From an uncultured Bacilli bacterium (GTDB lineage Bacteria > Bacillota_I > Bacilli_A > RF39 > UBA660), in contig CALVZC010000004.1 of NCBI GenBank assembly GCA_944372425.1, forward strand, positions 6,522 through 70,521: a stretch of DNA of 64,000 nucleotides. The letters run 5' to 3'. Position numbers and translations under genes: made by a program. This document shows positions 46,419-56,674 of the stretch, in pieces (position 1 is the stretch's first letter; each line of letters begins with the position of its first letter). The notes under the pieces were generated by a model. That model was not told where the DNA came from. It made no database searches and worked only from the letters and a program-made list of their open reading frames with translations.

Positions 46419-47136
46419 TGAATCTAGCAAGATTCTAAAAATTTTTACTAAAGAATATGGTATAATTAGTGTTATGTCAAAAGGATGTAGAAAGATTAAA
46501 AGTATTTTTCATGAAGCAAGTAATACACTAGTATATGCTAATTTTGACATTTCATATAAAGAAGAAGGAATTTCAAACTTAGTCGCTGTAGATATTATTA
46601 AAATTTTTAAAAATATTGTAATGGATTGTAGAGATTTAGAAAAGAAAGCTTATTCTTTTCTTTTAATCAATATTGTTACGCAAATTATTAATCAAAAAAA
46701 TGTTAAAAATATAGAAATTGCTAACATCTATGATATTTTTTTAGCAAGTATAAATAAAATTGATGAAGGATTTACACCTAAAATTATTGTCGATATAGCA
46801 ATGTTAAAATACTTAGAATACTTAGGTGTAAAGCCAAGCATTGATTGTTGCAGTAATTGTGGAAGTAGTTCTAATATTATAACTATATCATCATCGTCAT
46901 TTGGCTATGTTTGTAGTAATTGCTATAGAAATGAAAAAATAGTATCAAAAGATACTATAAAAATGATTAGAATGCTTTACTATGTTGTTATAGATCGGAT
47001 AAAAAAATTAGAAATAAAAGAGGATATTATTAAAGAAATAGATGAATTTTTAGAAGATTATTATGAAGAACATACTGGGATATATGGTATTAATAAAAAA
47101 AATTCATTTTTGAAAATAAAAGATGTTTTTGCATAA
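46366..47136 (+). CDS. recO: DNA repair protein RecO
   Basis: An OB-fold N-terminus (KGVVVGEQVYSESSKILKIFTKEYGIISVMSKG) and a zinc motif CCSNCG...CSNC. Synteny after era. Confidence 0.85.
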   Translation: MMKLVKIKGVVVGEQVYSESSKILKIFTKEYGIISVMSKGCRKIKSIFHEASNTLVYANFDISYKEEGISNLVAVDIIKIFKNIVMDCRDLEKKAYSFLLINIVTQIINQKNVKNIEIANIYDIFLASINKIDEGFTPKIIVDIAMLKYLEYLGVKPSIDCCSNCGSSSNIITISSSSFGYVCSNCYRNEKIVSKDTIKMIRMLYYVVIDRIKKLEIKEDIIKEIDEFLEDYYEEHTGIYGINKKNSFLKIKDVFA

Positions 47137-47154
47137 AAAATAACTGAAAAAAAT

Positions 47155-48018
47155 TCAGTTATTTTTTAATTTATCAATTATTTGCTGTAATAAAGATGAA
47201 GCAATATTATAAGTTTTATTATCAATATCAAAATCTGGATTGTATTCTACTAAATCGATAGATTTTATTTTGTCTTTTTGTTTTAATATTTCATTTAACA
47301 ATTCTTTAGCTTCGGAAAGATTAATTCCATTTGTTGCTTTAACTGATACACCAGGTGCTATTTTAGGATCAATTACATCAATATCATAACTTATGTGAAT
47401 ACCATCCGAATTTTTAATTGCAATATTTATTGCTTTTTTCATTATATTAGTCGCACCATATTTTTTAATGTCGTTAGTAGTAAAAATAGTTATTCCAGAG
47501 TTTTTAAGATTTTCATATTCACCATCTTCAATATCTCTTCCACCAACTAATACCGAATTTTTAGGATTAAAATAATTTCTATCAAAAAAATATGATAGCT
47601 TTCTACCATTTATACCACATATAGTTGCAAAAGGCATCCCGTGAATATTTCCAGAAATAGTTGTATCAAAAGTATGATAATCAGCATGTGAATCAATCCA
47701 AATTAATCCAATATTATTATTTTTCTTTTTTGATGCTAAGCAAGAAGAAATAGCTATACTATGATCTCCACCAACAGTGATTACTAATCCATCATTTAAA
47801 GCACAAATTTTATTATACAAGTCTTCATTAAACTTATTTAAAAATTTAATATTTTTTTCTTTAATATTTTTTTCTTTTTGTTTCTCACAGTTTTCTTTTT
47901 CTATGGTATAAACTTTATCTACTTTTTTTTCTATTTCTTTTAACATGTAAGGACCTTTATTACTTCCATCTATATGAACACCTAAATCTGAACAGGCATT
48001 AACTATATATAATTTCAT
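47155..48018 (-). CDS. arginase-family hydrolase (arginase/agmatinase-like)
   Basis: Mn-binding motifs GGDHSIAI, WIDSHADYHT and SYDIDVIDP. Confidence 0.8.
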   Translation of the reverse strand: MKLYIVNACSDLGVHIDGSNKGPYMLKEIEKKVDKVYTIEKENCEKQKEKNIKEKNIKFLNKFNEDLYNKICALNDGLVITVGGDHSIAISSCLASKKKNNNIGLIWIDSHADYHTFDTTISGNIHGMPFATICGINGRKLSYFFDRNYFNPKNSVLVGGRDIEDGEYENLKNSGITIFTTNDIKKYGATNIMKKAINIAIKNSDGIHISYDIDVIDPKIAPGVSVKATNGINLSEAKELLNEILKQKDKIKSIDLVEYNPDFDIDNKTYNIASSLLQQIIDKLKNN

Positions 48019-48116
48019 AAAATCACCTTTATTAATATAAAACAGATTTTATTTATTTTCAATATTTTGTATATATTTTTTAAATTATATTGTATACTTG
48101 TAATAAGAGGTATTTT

Positions 48117-49562
48117 ATGAAAAAATTAAGTGAATTATATAATTGTAACTATGATATAGAAATAAATGGGATTAAAATTAATTCTAAAGAAGTTAGAAAA
48201 GGTGATCTTTTTATATGCACTAAAGGAGTTACTGCTGATAGACATGATTTTGTAGATGATGCGATAAAAAATGGTGCTGTAGCTATTGTTGCAAGTAAAA
48301 AAGTTAATGTAAAAGTTCCTGTGATTTATGTTGATGATACTAATGATGAACTACCAAAACTATGTTCTAAATTTTATGATTATCCAGATAAAAAATTAAA
48401 AATTTATTCTGTAACAGGTACAGATGGAAAAACTAGTGTCGCTACGATAACTCAATATTTATTGGGAAATAATGTTTGTGGATATATTGGAACCAATGGA
48501 CGTAGTTGTTCAAAATTTACTTTGGATACTAATAATACTACTCCTGATTCTGACAAATTATATGAATATTTTAATGAGTTTCTTGAAGCAGGATGTAATT
48601 CAGTAATGATGGAATCCTCTAGTGAAGCATTTTATAGAGGAAGATTAAAAAATATTAAATATGATATTGGTGCGATAACAAATATTACTAGAGAACATTT
48701 AAATATTCATGGTAATTTCGAAAATTATATAGATTGTAAATGTCAGCAATTTAGACAAATTAAAAATAATGGATATGCCATCCTTAATAGTGATGATGAA
48801 TTTTATTCTACTATTAAAAATTCATGTAGATGTAAAAATATTTTAACATATGGGAAGAACGAAAATAATACTCTTCAAATTGTTAATTTTACTATTTATT
48901 CAAATAAAACTGATATTATATATAAATTTCAAAATAAAGAATATCAGATTAGTAGTCCTTTACTTGGTGAATTTAATGTTTATAATTTAGCGTGTGGATT
49001 GTTAATTGCTATAGCTAGTGGAAAAAAAATCGAAGAAGTTATTCCTAATATTCAAGCAATAAAAGTATCTGGTAGATTAGAACTTCTTCCAAATTTAGGA
49101 CAAAATTTTCAAGTTATGATTGATTATGCTCATACACCAAATGGCATTAACAATTTATTAAAATTTATTCATACATTGGATGTAAATAGAAGTATAGTTG
49201 TAATTGGATCTGCCGGTGAAAGAGATTTTTTAAAAAGACCAATAATGGGAAAAACTGTAATAGACAATGCAAGCTATGCAATTTTTACTTATGAGGATCC
49301 AAGAAGTGAAGATCCAAAAGATATTATAAATATGATGGTTAAAGATATAGAAGATAAATCTAGGTATGAAATAGTTCTTGATAGAAGTAAGGCTATTGAG
49401 AGAGCTATAAATATAGCTGGAAAAAATGACATTGTCTTGATTTTAGGAAAGGGAAACGAAACTTACGAAAAATTAAAAGATAAAACTATATATTTTAATG
49501 ATATTGAAGAAGCAATGAAATATTTAAAAATAAGAGTAAAAAAAGAAAAGGTTAAAGTATAA
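48117..49562 (+). CDS. murE: UDP-N-acetylmuramoyl-L-alanyl-D-glutamate--(DAP or Lys) ligase
   Basis: Mur ligase P-loop TGTDGKTS, central and C-terminal Mur domains (DYAHTPNG, GSAGERD). The ATG at 48117 follows AGAGGT. Confidence 0.9.
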   Translation: MKKLSELYNCNYDIEINGIKINSKEVRKGDLFICTKGVTADRHDFVDDAIKNGAVAIVASKKVNVKVPVIYVDDTNDELPKLCSKFYDYPDKKLKIYSVTGTDGKTSVATITQYLLGNNVCGYIGTNGRSCSKFTLDTNNTTPDSDKLYEYFNEFLEAGCNSVMMESSSEAFYRGRLKNIKYDIGAITNITREHLNIHGNFENYIDCKCQQFRQIKNNGYAILNSDDEFYSTIKNSCRCKNILTYGKNENNTLQIVNFTIYSNKTDIIYKFQNKEYQISSPLLGEFNVYNLACGLLIAIASGKKIEEVIPNIQAIKVSGRLELLPNLGQNFQVMIDYAHTPNGINNLLKFIHTLDVNRSIVVIGSAGERDFLKRPIMGKTVIDNASYAIFTYEDPRSEDPKDIINMMVKDIEDKSRYEIVLDRSKAIERAINIAGKNDIVLILGKGNETYEKLKDKTIYFNDIEEAMKYLKIRVKKEKVKV

Positions 49563-49693
49563 AGTAAACAAATATTTAAAGTAAATAAATTTAGAAATGC
49601 TAAAATAGCATTTCTTTTTATTTAAAGTAATTTATTGAAGAAAAGTCTTATTCATTATATAATAAAAATAAATGTTGCAAAGAAGGTGTTAAA

Positions 49694-51496
49694 ATGGATA
49701 AAAATCATATTAGAAATTTTTCAATTATTGCACATATTGATCATGGTAAAAGTACTTTAGCAGATAGAATACTAGAAATTACTAACGCAGTTACAGCTAG
49801 AGAAGCAAAAGCCCAACTTTTAGATAGTATGGATATTGAAAGGGAACGTGGAATTACAATTAAATTAAATACAGCTTCTTTAAAATATACTTATAAAAAT
49901 GAAGAATATAATCTTAACTTAATTGATACACCAGGTCATGTCGATTTTTCTTATGAAGTATCACGTAGTCTTGCATCATGTGAGGGTGCTATTTTAGTAG
50001 TCGATGCTACTCAAGGAATTGAAGCCCAAACCCTTGCTAATTTATATTTAGCACTTGAAAATAATTTGACAATTATTCCTGTAATTAATAAAATAGATTT
50101 GCCTAACGCTGATATTCCAAAAGTAAAAAAAGAACTTGTTGATTTAATTGGTTTTAAAGATGAAGATATTGTGTTAACTAGTGCCAAAACAGGAGTAGGA
50201 ATTAAAGAATTAGTAGATAAAATAGTAGAAGTTATACCTCCTCCTAATGGGGACAAAAATCTTCCATTACAAGGCTTAATATTTGATAGTATTTTTGATT
50301 CATATCGTGGGGTAATCATATCCGTTCGTATTATGAATGGGACATTAAAAATTGGTGATACTATTAAAATGATGCAAACTAATGCAACATACGAAGTAGT
50401 AGAACTTATGATAAATACTCCTAAAGAAGTAAAAAAAGAAAAATTAGAAGCAGGTGAAGTAGGGTTTATTTCTGCAAGTATTAAGAGTATTTCAGATATT
50501 AAAGTAGGTGATACTATAACTCTTGAAAAAAATCCTTGCCAAAAAGCTCTTCCTGGTTATAAACCAATGAAATCGATGGTTTTCTGTGGACTATTTCCTA
50601 TTGAATCAAGTAAATTCGAAGATTTGAGAGATGCTTTATCTAAATTACAATTAAATGATGCATCGTTAGTATTTGAGCCGGAAACTTCAACAGCGCTAGG
50701 ATTTGGATTTCGTTGCGGTTTTTTAGGGCTTTTACATATGGATATAATAAAAGAAAGAGTGACACGTGAATTTGATATTGATTTAATAACTACAGCTCCT
50801 TCAGTAATTTATGAAGCATATCTAAACAATGGTGATATATTGACAATTGATGCTCCAGCAAAAATGCCTGATAAAACTTTATTAAAAGAAATAAAAGAAC
50901 CATATATTAAAACTAATATCTTTACTCCAAGCGAATATATCGGACCAATAATGGAATTGTGTCAAAATAAAAGAGGTACTTATGTAAGTATGGAATATAT
51001 AGATCCTACGAGAGTAAATATTCATTATGAATTGCCACTTTCAGAAATAGTTTATGACTTTTTTGATAAGTTAAAATCTTTTACTAAGGGATATGCTTCT
51101 TTCGACTATGAACTTATTGGATATAGAACTAGTAACCTTGTAAAAATGGATATTTTGTTGAATGGTGAAATAGTCGATGCTCTTAGTATTATAGTCCATA
51201 AAGATTTTGCCTATCAAAGAGGAAGAGCAATTGTTGAAAATTTAAGAAAAAATATTCCTAGACAATTATTTGAAGTTCCAATTCAAGCATCAATTGGTAA
51301 TCATGTCATTGCTAGAGAAACCATTAAAGCACTAAGAAAAGATGTATTAGCAAAATGCTATGGTGGAGATATAACTCGTAAAAGAAAATTATTAGAAAAA
51401 CAAAAAGAAGGCAAAAAACGTATGAAACAAGTTGGAAGTATTGAACTTCCACAGGAAGCTTTTATGAGCATTCTTTCGATGGATGAAGAAAAATAA
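49694..51496 (+). CDS. lepA: elongation factor 4
   Basis: [33 protein letters not shown] and the LepA-specific C-terminus (...[22 protein letters not shown]). Confidence 0.97.
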   Translation: MDKNHIRNFSIIAHIDHGKSTLADRILEITNAVTAREAKAQLLDSMDIERERGITIKLNTASLKYTYKNEEYNLNLIDTPGHVDFSYEVSRSLASCEGAILVVDATQGIEAQTLANLYLALENNLTIIPVINKIDLPNADIPKVKKELVDLIGFKDEDIVLTSAKTGVGIKELVDKIVEVIPPPNGDKNLPLQGLIFDSIFDSYRGVIISVRIMNGTLKIGDTIKMMQTNATYEVVELMINTPKEVKKEKLEAGEVGFISASIKSISDIKVGDTITLEKNPCQKALPGYKPMKSMVFCGLFPIESSKFEDLRDALSKLQLNDASLVFEPETSTALGFGFRCGFLGLLHMDIIKERVTREFDIDLITTAPSVIYEAYLNNGDILTIDAPAKMPDKTLLKEIKEPYIKTNIFTPSEYIGPIMELCQNKRGTYVSMEYIDPTRVNIHYELPLSEIVYDFFDKLKSFTKGYASFDYELIGYRTSNLVKMDILLNGEIVDALSIIVHKDFAYQRGRAIVENLRKNIPRQLFEVPIQASIGNHVIARETIKALRKDVLAKCYGGDITRKRKLLEKQKEGKKRMKQVGSIELPQEAFMSILSMDEEK

Positions 51497-51511
51497 TTTT
51501 GGGAGGTATTT

Positions 51512-51961
51512 ATGGCAAGAACTGTTGAAACTGAAGAAGAAAGAGAAAGAAGAATTGTTTTAGTAGGGGAATATGTAATTAGTACAGGTGCTTCTACTAG
51601 AAAAGCAGCAGAATACTTTAGTGATAATTTTTTTGCAATTAGTAATTGTACAGTAAGTGATTATTGCAACAGATATTGTAAAATGAATCCTGAAAGTTTA
51701 GAAATTATGCGTAAAAGAATAGATGACAATACGCCAAATGATATTAGTTGTGAAGATGTTAAAAAACGTGTATTAGTTTCAGTAGAATTATTTAAAGAGG
51801 GAATTAATATGGAAGAAATTGCAAATACAATTGGTTGTTCTTTTTGGACAACATATCGTGATTTAACCAAAAGATTCAAAACGCTAAATCCTGTTGAATT
51901 TGAATCAATTATAGTGCCTAGATTAAAACAAGATTCTTTGGATAATATAAAAAGGAAATAA
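51512..51961 (+). CDS. hypothetical DNA-binding protein with two SpoIIID-like HTH repeats
   Basis: RIVLVGEYVISTGASTRKAAEYF..ISNCTVSDYCNRY..MNPE and again RVLVSVELFKEGINMEEIANTIGCSFWTTYRDLTKRFKTLNP. Both resemble the SpoIIID arrangement (R..KIG.YIVE...TVR.IAKEFGVSKSTVHKDL.ERL..INP). Confidence 0.4.
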   Translation: MARTVETEEERERRIVLVGEYVISTGASTRKAAEYFSDNFFAISNCTVSDYCNRYCKMNPESLEIMRKRIDDNTPNDISCEDVKKRVLVSVELFKEGINMEEIANTIGCSFWTTYRDLTKRFKTLNPVEFESIIVPRLKQDSLDNIKRK

Positions 51962-51963
51962 GA

Positions 51964-53067
51964 ATGAAAAAAATTGAAGCTGTATATATTCATATCCCTT
52001 TTTGTAATACTATTTGCAATTATTGTGATTTCTGTAAAATGTTTTATAATGAAAAGATAGTCGATAATTATTTAATAGCTTTAGAAAAAGAAATAAAAAA
52101 AATATATAATGGTGATGTAATAAAAACTATTTATATTGGAGGAGGTACTCCTAGTTCTTTAACTACCAAACAATTAGAAAAATTATTTAATATAGTAAAA
52201 TTATTTAATTTAAGTAGTAAATATGAATATACAATAGAAGTTAATGTTAATGATATAACGATAGAAAAATTAGAATTATTTAAAAAAAATAAAATTAATA
52301 GAATAAGTATTGGTATTGAAACAATAAATAATAAATTTGCAAATTTTCTTAACAGGGAAATAAATAAAAAAAAGTTTACCGAAAAAATAAATATTGTAAA
52401 AAAATATTTTAAAAATATAAATATAGATTTAATGTATGCTTTTCCTAATGAAAAAATTGAAGATTTAGAAAAAGATTTACAATTTATAGAAGCGATTAAT
52501 GTGCCTCATATTTCTATTTATTCGTTAATAATAGAAGAACATACAAAAATATATATTGATAAAGTTAGACCTATAAATGATGAATTAGAAGAAAAAATGT
52601 ATTATAAAATAATTTCTTATTTAAAAAAAATAGGTTATACTCATTATGAAATTAGTAATTTCGCTAAAAAAGGATACTTCTCAAAGCATAATTTAACTTA
52701 TTGGAACAATTTAGAATATTATGGATTTGGCTTAGGTGCTAGTGGTTATATAAATAATTTTAGATATACTAATACTAAAAGTATTAACAATTATTTAAAA
52801 GGAAAATATATTTATGAAAAGCAATTAATAACAAAAAAGATTTCAATGGAAAATGAAATGATTTTAGGATTAAGAAAAATTGCTGGTATAAATAAAAGAT
52901 TATTTTTTCAAAAATATAACTTTAATATAGAACAAATTTTTGATATAATTAATTTATTGAAAAATAAATTATTAATAGATGATGGAAAAAATTTATATAT
53001 ACCAGAAGAAAAATTATATATTTCTAATTATATTCTTGTTAATTTCATTGGAGGTAGTAATGAATAG
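51964..53067 (+). CDS. hemW: radical SAM heme chaperone HemW (HemN-like)
   Basis: YIHIPFCNTICNYCDF (CxxxCxxC), GGGTPS, and synteny downstream of lepA. Confidence 0.9.
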   Translation: MKKIEAVYIHIPFCNTICNYCDFCKMFYNEKIVDNYLIALEKEIKKIYNGDVIKTIYIGGGTPSSLTTKQLEKLFNIVKLFNLSSKYEYTIEVNVNDITIEKLELFKKNKINRISIGIETINNKFANFLNREINKKKFTEKINIVKKYFKNINIDLMYAFPNEKIEDLEKDLQFIEAINVPHISIYSLIIEEHTKIYIDKVRPINDELEEKMYYKIISYLKKIGYTHYEISNFAKKGYFSKHNLTYWNNLEYYGFGLGASGYINNFRYTNTKSINNYLKGKYIYEKQLITKKISMENEMILGLRKIAGINKRLFFQKYNFNIEQIFDIINLLKNKLLIDDGKNLYIPEEKLYISNYILVNFIGGSNE

Positions 53068-53668
53068 TAGTGATAAAGTAAAATTTTTACAAAAAGAAAT
53101 TGATTATATAAATGATGAAAATCTAAAAAATGATGCTATATATTTAGTTAGTATTTTACCTGATTATTTTTTTGAAGTAGATGCATCTTCTACTGGTAAG
53201 TATCATCCTAAATATGCTTCAGGTGATAAAGGACTTTTAAGACATGTGAAAGCAGCAGTTAAAATGGCTGTTGAATTATTAGCAAATCCTATTATTGAAA
53301 AACCATATAGTAGTAGGGATAAAGATTTAATAGTATTGGCTTTAATTGTTCATGATGGCTTAAAATATGGTAAAAATAAAACTGACAAGTATACTAAATT
53401 TGAGCATCCAATATTAATAAGCGATTATATTAAGGAAGTACGAGATAATTTACAAATGACAGATGAAGATGTTGAAAAGTTGTGTTCTATGGTAGCAAGT
53501 CATATGGGACCTTGGAATATAAATAGTTATTCTAATATTGTTTTACCACTACCTAAAGCTCCAATAGAAAAGTTTGTGCACATGTGTGATTATTTAGCAA
53601 GTAGAAGGTTTATTAATATTGATTTTGATTCTGATAATAATTTAATAGATGAATCAAAAATCAATTAA
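53060..53668 (+). CDS. HD-domain protein
   Basis: A GGAGG RBS precedes the ATG at 53060 (MNSSDKVKFL...). H..LRHVKAAV...LIVHDGLKYG (HD motif) is present. The longer track ORF overlaps hemW implausibly. Confidence 0.7.
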   Translation: MNSSDKVKFLQKEIDYINDENLKNDAIYLVSILPDYFFEVDASSTGKYHPKYASGDKGLLRHVKAAVKMAVELLANPIIEKPYSSRDKDLIVLALIVHDGLKYGKNKTDKYTKFEHPILISDYIKEVRDNLQMTDEDVEKLCSMVASHMGPWNINSYSNIVLPLPKAPIEKFVHMCDYLASRRFINIDFDSDNNLIDESKIN

Positions 53669-53708
53669 AAAATATAGTAATTTTATGTATTAGAAAATAG
53701 GTGATGTT

Positions 53709-54395
53709 ATGGATAATGAAAAAAAAGGAAAAATTATTGTAATAGAAGGAACTGACTGTTCTGGAAAAGCAACTCAGTCTAAATTATTAGAAAAAAAACT
53801 TAAGGAAAACGGTAAAAAGTGTGTAGCAATAAGTTTTCCTTGTTATGATACGCCAACTGGGAAAATAGTAGGAGGCGCATATCTTGGAAAAAAAGAAATT
53901 GGAAAGAGTGTGTTTGGATTAGAAGCATTGACTCTTGATCCTAAAATAGCATCTCTATATTATGCTGCAGATAGAAAATATAACATAGACAAAGTAATTT
54001 CTTATGTAAATGATGGATATTTTGTAATTTTAGATAGATATGTAACTTCTAATCTTGCGCATCAAGGTGGAAAAATACTTAATAAAGATGAAAGATTTTA
54101 TATGTATCAGTGGATAGATAAACTTGAATACTGGCTTTTAGAATTGCCAAAACCAGATAAAACAATATTTTTACACGTTCCTTATGATTTTTCAAAAGAA
54201 CTTAAAAAGAATAGAGAATCAATTGATATTTTAGAAAGTAGTGAAGAACATTTAAAAAATGCAGAAAATGCTTATATTGAATTATCTGAACTTTATAATT
54301 GGGATAAAATAGAATGTATTAAAAATAATAAACTTAGAAGTATTGAAGATATTAGTGAAGATATATATAATCTAGTGGTTGATGATATTAAATAA
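53709..54395 (+). CDS. tmk: thymidylate kinase-like (dTMP kinase family)
   Basis: P-loop IVIEGTDCSGKATQSKLL, DRY motif (LDRYVTSNLAHQG) and a lid region. Confidence 0.8.
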   Translation: MDNEKKGKIIVIEGTDCSGKATQSKLLEKKLKENGKKCVAISFPCYDTPTGKIVGGAYLGKKEIGKSVFGLEALTLDPKIASLYYAADRKYNIDKVISYVNDGYFVILDRYVTSNLAHQGGKILNKDERFYMYQWIDKLEYWLLELPKPDKTIFLHVPYDFSKELKKNRESIDILESSEEHLKNAENAYIELSELYNWDKIECIKNNKLRSIEDISEDIYNLVVDDIK

Positions 54396-54428
54396 TTTTT
54401 TTAAATATAAAAGAAGCCAAAAATATTT

Positions 54429-55955
54429 CTATTTTTGGACTTCTTTTTTTGTTGTTTTCTTTTTTTGAGCATTACTAATTTCATTAACATTTGTTTTATT
54501 TTTTATAATATCTTTATATTTATTTATAAGATTAGTTATTTCTTTTTCTTCAAAAGCATCAATTATTTCTACTCCGTTTTCATCAATTTTCTTTTTTTTG
54601 TATTGACTGCCAGCAAAATCTTTAGCTTTTTTCTTAATCTCTTTAATATCACTAATCATTTCTTTTAAATTAGATAGTATTCCATCATATGCGTCGATAA
54701 CGTCTAAATCTTCTAATTTCATTTTTTTCATTTCTTCAAGTTCAATACTTTTTCTAATTTGTTTTTCTAAATCAAAATCAATATCTACAACTTTATATAC
54801 TTCTTTAAATGTAGTATATCCTTCGATTACTTTTATAAGAGCGTCTTGTAATAGTGTTTTTGTTTCATTATCATATACTGCTTTTCTTAAATCTTCCTTA
54901 TCAACTGTTTCATCGTTAATTAATTCACGAAGACGATCAGTTATAAATAAAACTTCTTGAATTGCCATTCTTCCTTTAAAACCTTTATTACATTTAGGGC
55001 AACCGATTGGCTCGTATACTTTATCGATTTTTTTACCTAATATTTTTGAAAATATTTGCTTTTCATAATTAGTTGTTGGTCTTAATTTTTTACAATTTGG
55101 GCAAAGTGTTCGGACTAATTTTTGGGAAATAATACCATTCAATGCTGTAGACAATAAATATCGTTCAACATCCATATCTAAAAGCCTTTCAATAGTACTT
55201 AATGAGTTATTTGTATGTATTGTCGATAAAACTAAATGGCCGGTGATTGCAGCACGAACAGCAATCTGTGCAGTTTCACTATCACGAATTTCTCCTATTA
55301 ATATTACATTTGGATCTTGACGTAATATTGATCTTAATGCTGAAGCAAAAGTTAGACCTATTTCACTGTTTACATGTACTTGATTGATACCTTCAATATT
55401 CATTTCTACTGGATCTTCTACAGTTATTATATTTCTATCTTCTGTATTTAATTCTTGAAGCATTGAATAAGTTGTAGTAGATTTACCTGAACCAGTAGCA
55501 CCCGTTACTAAAATTATACCATTTGGAATATCTAACATTCTTTGTACTTTTTTTAAATTATTTGATGAGAATCCTAGTACACTTAAACCTTCCAAACTAC
55601 TTGAATAATCTAAAAGACGAACAACAATTTTTTCTCCTTCGTTAGTAGGTAGAGAAGAAACACGCATGTCTAGCTCTTTACCATCAATAACTCCTTTTAT
55701 TGCACCATCTTGTGGTATTCTTGTTTCAGTTATATTCATTTTTGAAATCAATTTTACTCTTGTCGTTAAATTTTTTTCATACATTTTTGGAACTCTCGCA
55801 TGATCACTTAGTCTTCCATCCATTCTCATTCTTATTATCATGCAGTCTTCCCTAGGATCAAAATGTATATCACTAGCATTATGTTTTGATGCAAATAATA
55901 TTATTCTATTTACGATATCGACAATAGGCATATTTACAAAATCATATTCTATCAT
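54429..55955 (-). CDS. type II/IV secretion family ATPase (PilB/GspE/ComGA-like) with Lys-rich C-terminal extension
   Basis: ASDIHFDPRED, Walker A TGATGSGKSTT, Asp box, Walker B ILIGEIRD, His box, and the tetracysteine CPNCKK...CPKCNKG. About 110 extra residues follow the usual C-terminus. Confidence 0.9.
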   Translation of the reverse strand: MIEYDFVNMPIVDIVNRIILFASKHNASDIHFDPREDCMIIRMRMDGRLSDHARVPKMYEKNLTTRVKLISKMNITETRIPQDGAIKGVIDGKELDMRVSSLPTNEGEKIVVRLLDYSSSLEGLSVLGFSSNNLKKVQRMLDIPNGIILVTGATGSGKSTTTYSMLQELNTEDRNIITVEDPVEMNIEGINQVHVNSEIGLTFASALRSILRQDPNVILIGEIRDSETAQIAVRAAITGHLVLSTIHTNNSLSTIERLLDMDVERYLLSTALNGIISQKLVRTLCPNCKKLRPTTNYEKQIFSKILGKKIDKVYEPIGCPKCNKGFKGRMAIQEVLFITDRLRELINDETVDKEDLRKAVYDNETKTLLQDALIKVIEGYTTFKEVYKVVDIDFDLEKQIRKSIELEEMKKMKLEDLDVIDAYDGILSNLKEMISDIKEIKKKAKDFAGSQYKKKKIDENGVEIIDAFEEKEITNLINKYKDIIKNKTNVNEISNAQKKKTTKKEVQK

Positions 55956-56116
55956 AATTTATACCCCTTAATTTATCCTACATATATTTTACTATTTTAT
56001 TATATAATAAGTTTTTTTTATAATCAAGAATAGATGTATTTTTTTTAAAATAACTATAGTATATCTTCTAAATTTGTTATATAATATCATTGTATATTAT
56101 AATAATAGGTGATTTT

Positions 56117-56674
56117 ATGAATATAAGTAATAAAGGATTTGTACTTGTGGAAACAATAGTTGCAGCAGTTTTCGTACTATCATTTTTTAGCTTTTTAATA
56201 GCAAATTTACTACCCATGGTCGGTGAATATGAAAAAGTATTAGATTATGATTCTATAGAAAGTAAATATGATGCGCATTTAATTAGAAAAATGATTTTAA
56301 AAGATAATAGTTGCAGAACAAAAAATTTAATAACATTATCAGAAGATGGATATTATGAATTTGACGGAACTGATATTTGCCTATACTTAGAAAATGTTAA
56401 CTATTGTAAAAAACTGTTGTCAGAAGACTATCTAGATGTAAAAAAAATAATTGTAACTAGGTATAATACTAGTGATATAAAAAATAAATCAGATAAGTTT
56501 AATAGACTTATTAAAGAATACATAGATTATTTACCTAAATATGAAAGTACGATTGATATAGGACAGTATTTTTATCAAAGACGACTTATTATTTTGTTTA
56601 ATAATGATAGAATAACTAATATTGAACTTTTAATTAATGATGATGGAATATCTTGTGGAGGTGCTACATGTTAA
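56117..56674 (+). CDS. prepilin-type N-terminal cleavage/methylation domain protein (pseudopilin)
   Basis: An AGGTGA RBS precedes MNISNKG|FVLVETIVAAVFVLSFFSFLIANL, which has a canonical G-1/F+1/E+5 signal. Confidence 0.75.
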   Translation: MNISNKGFVLVETIVAAVFVLSFFSFLIANLLPMVGEYEKVLDYDSIESKYDAHLIRKMILKDNSCRTKNLITLSEDGYYEFDGTDICLYLENVNYCKKLLSEDYLDVKKIIVTRYNTSDIKNKSDKFNRLIKEYIDYLPKYESTIDIGQYFYQRRLIILFNNDRITNIELLINDDGISCGGATC

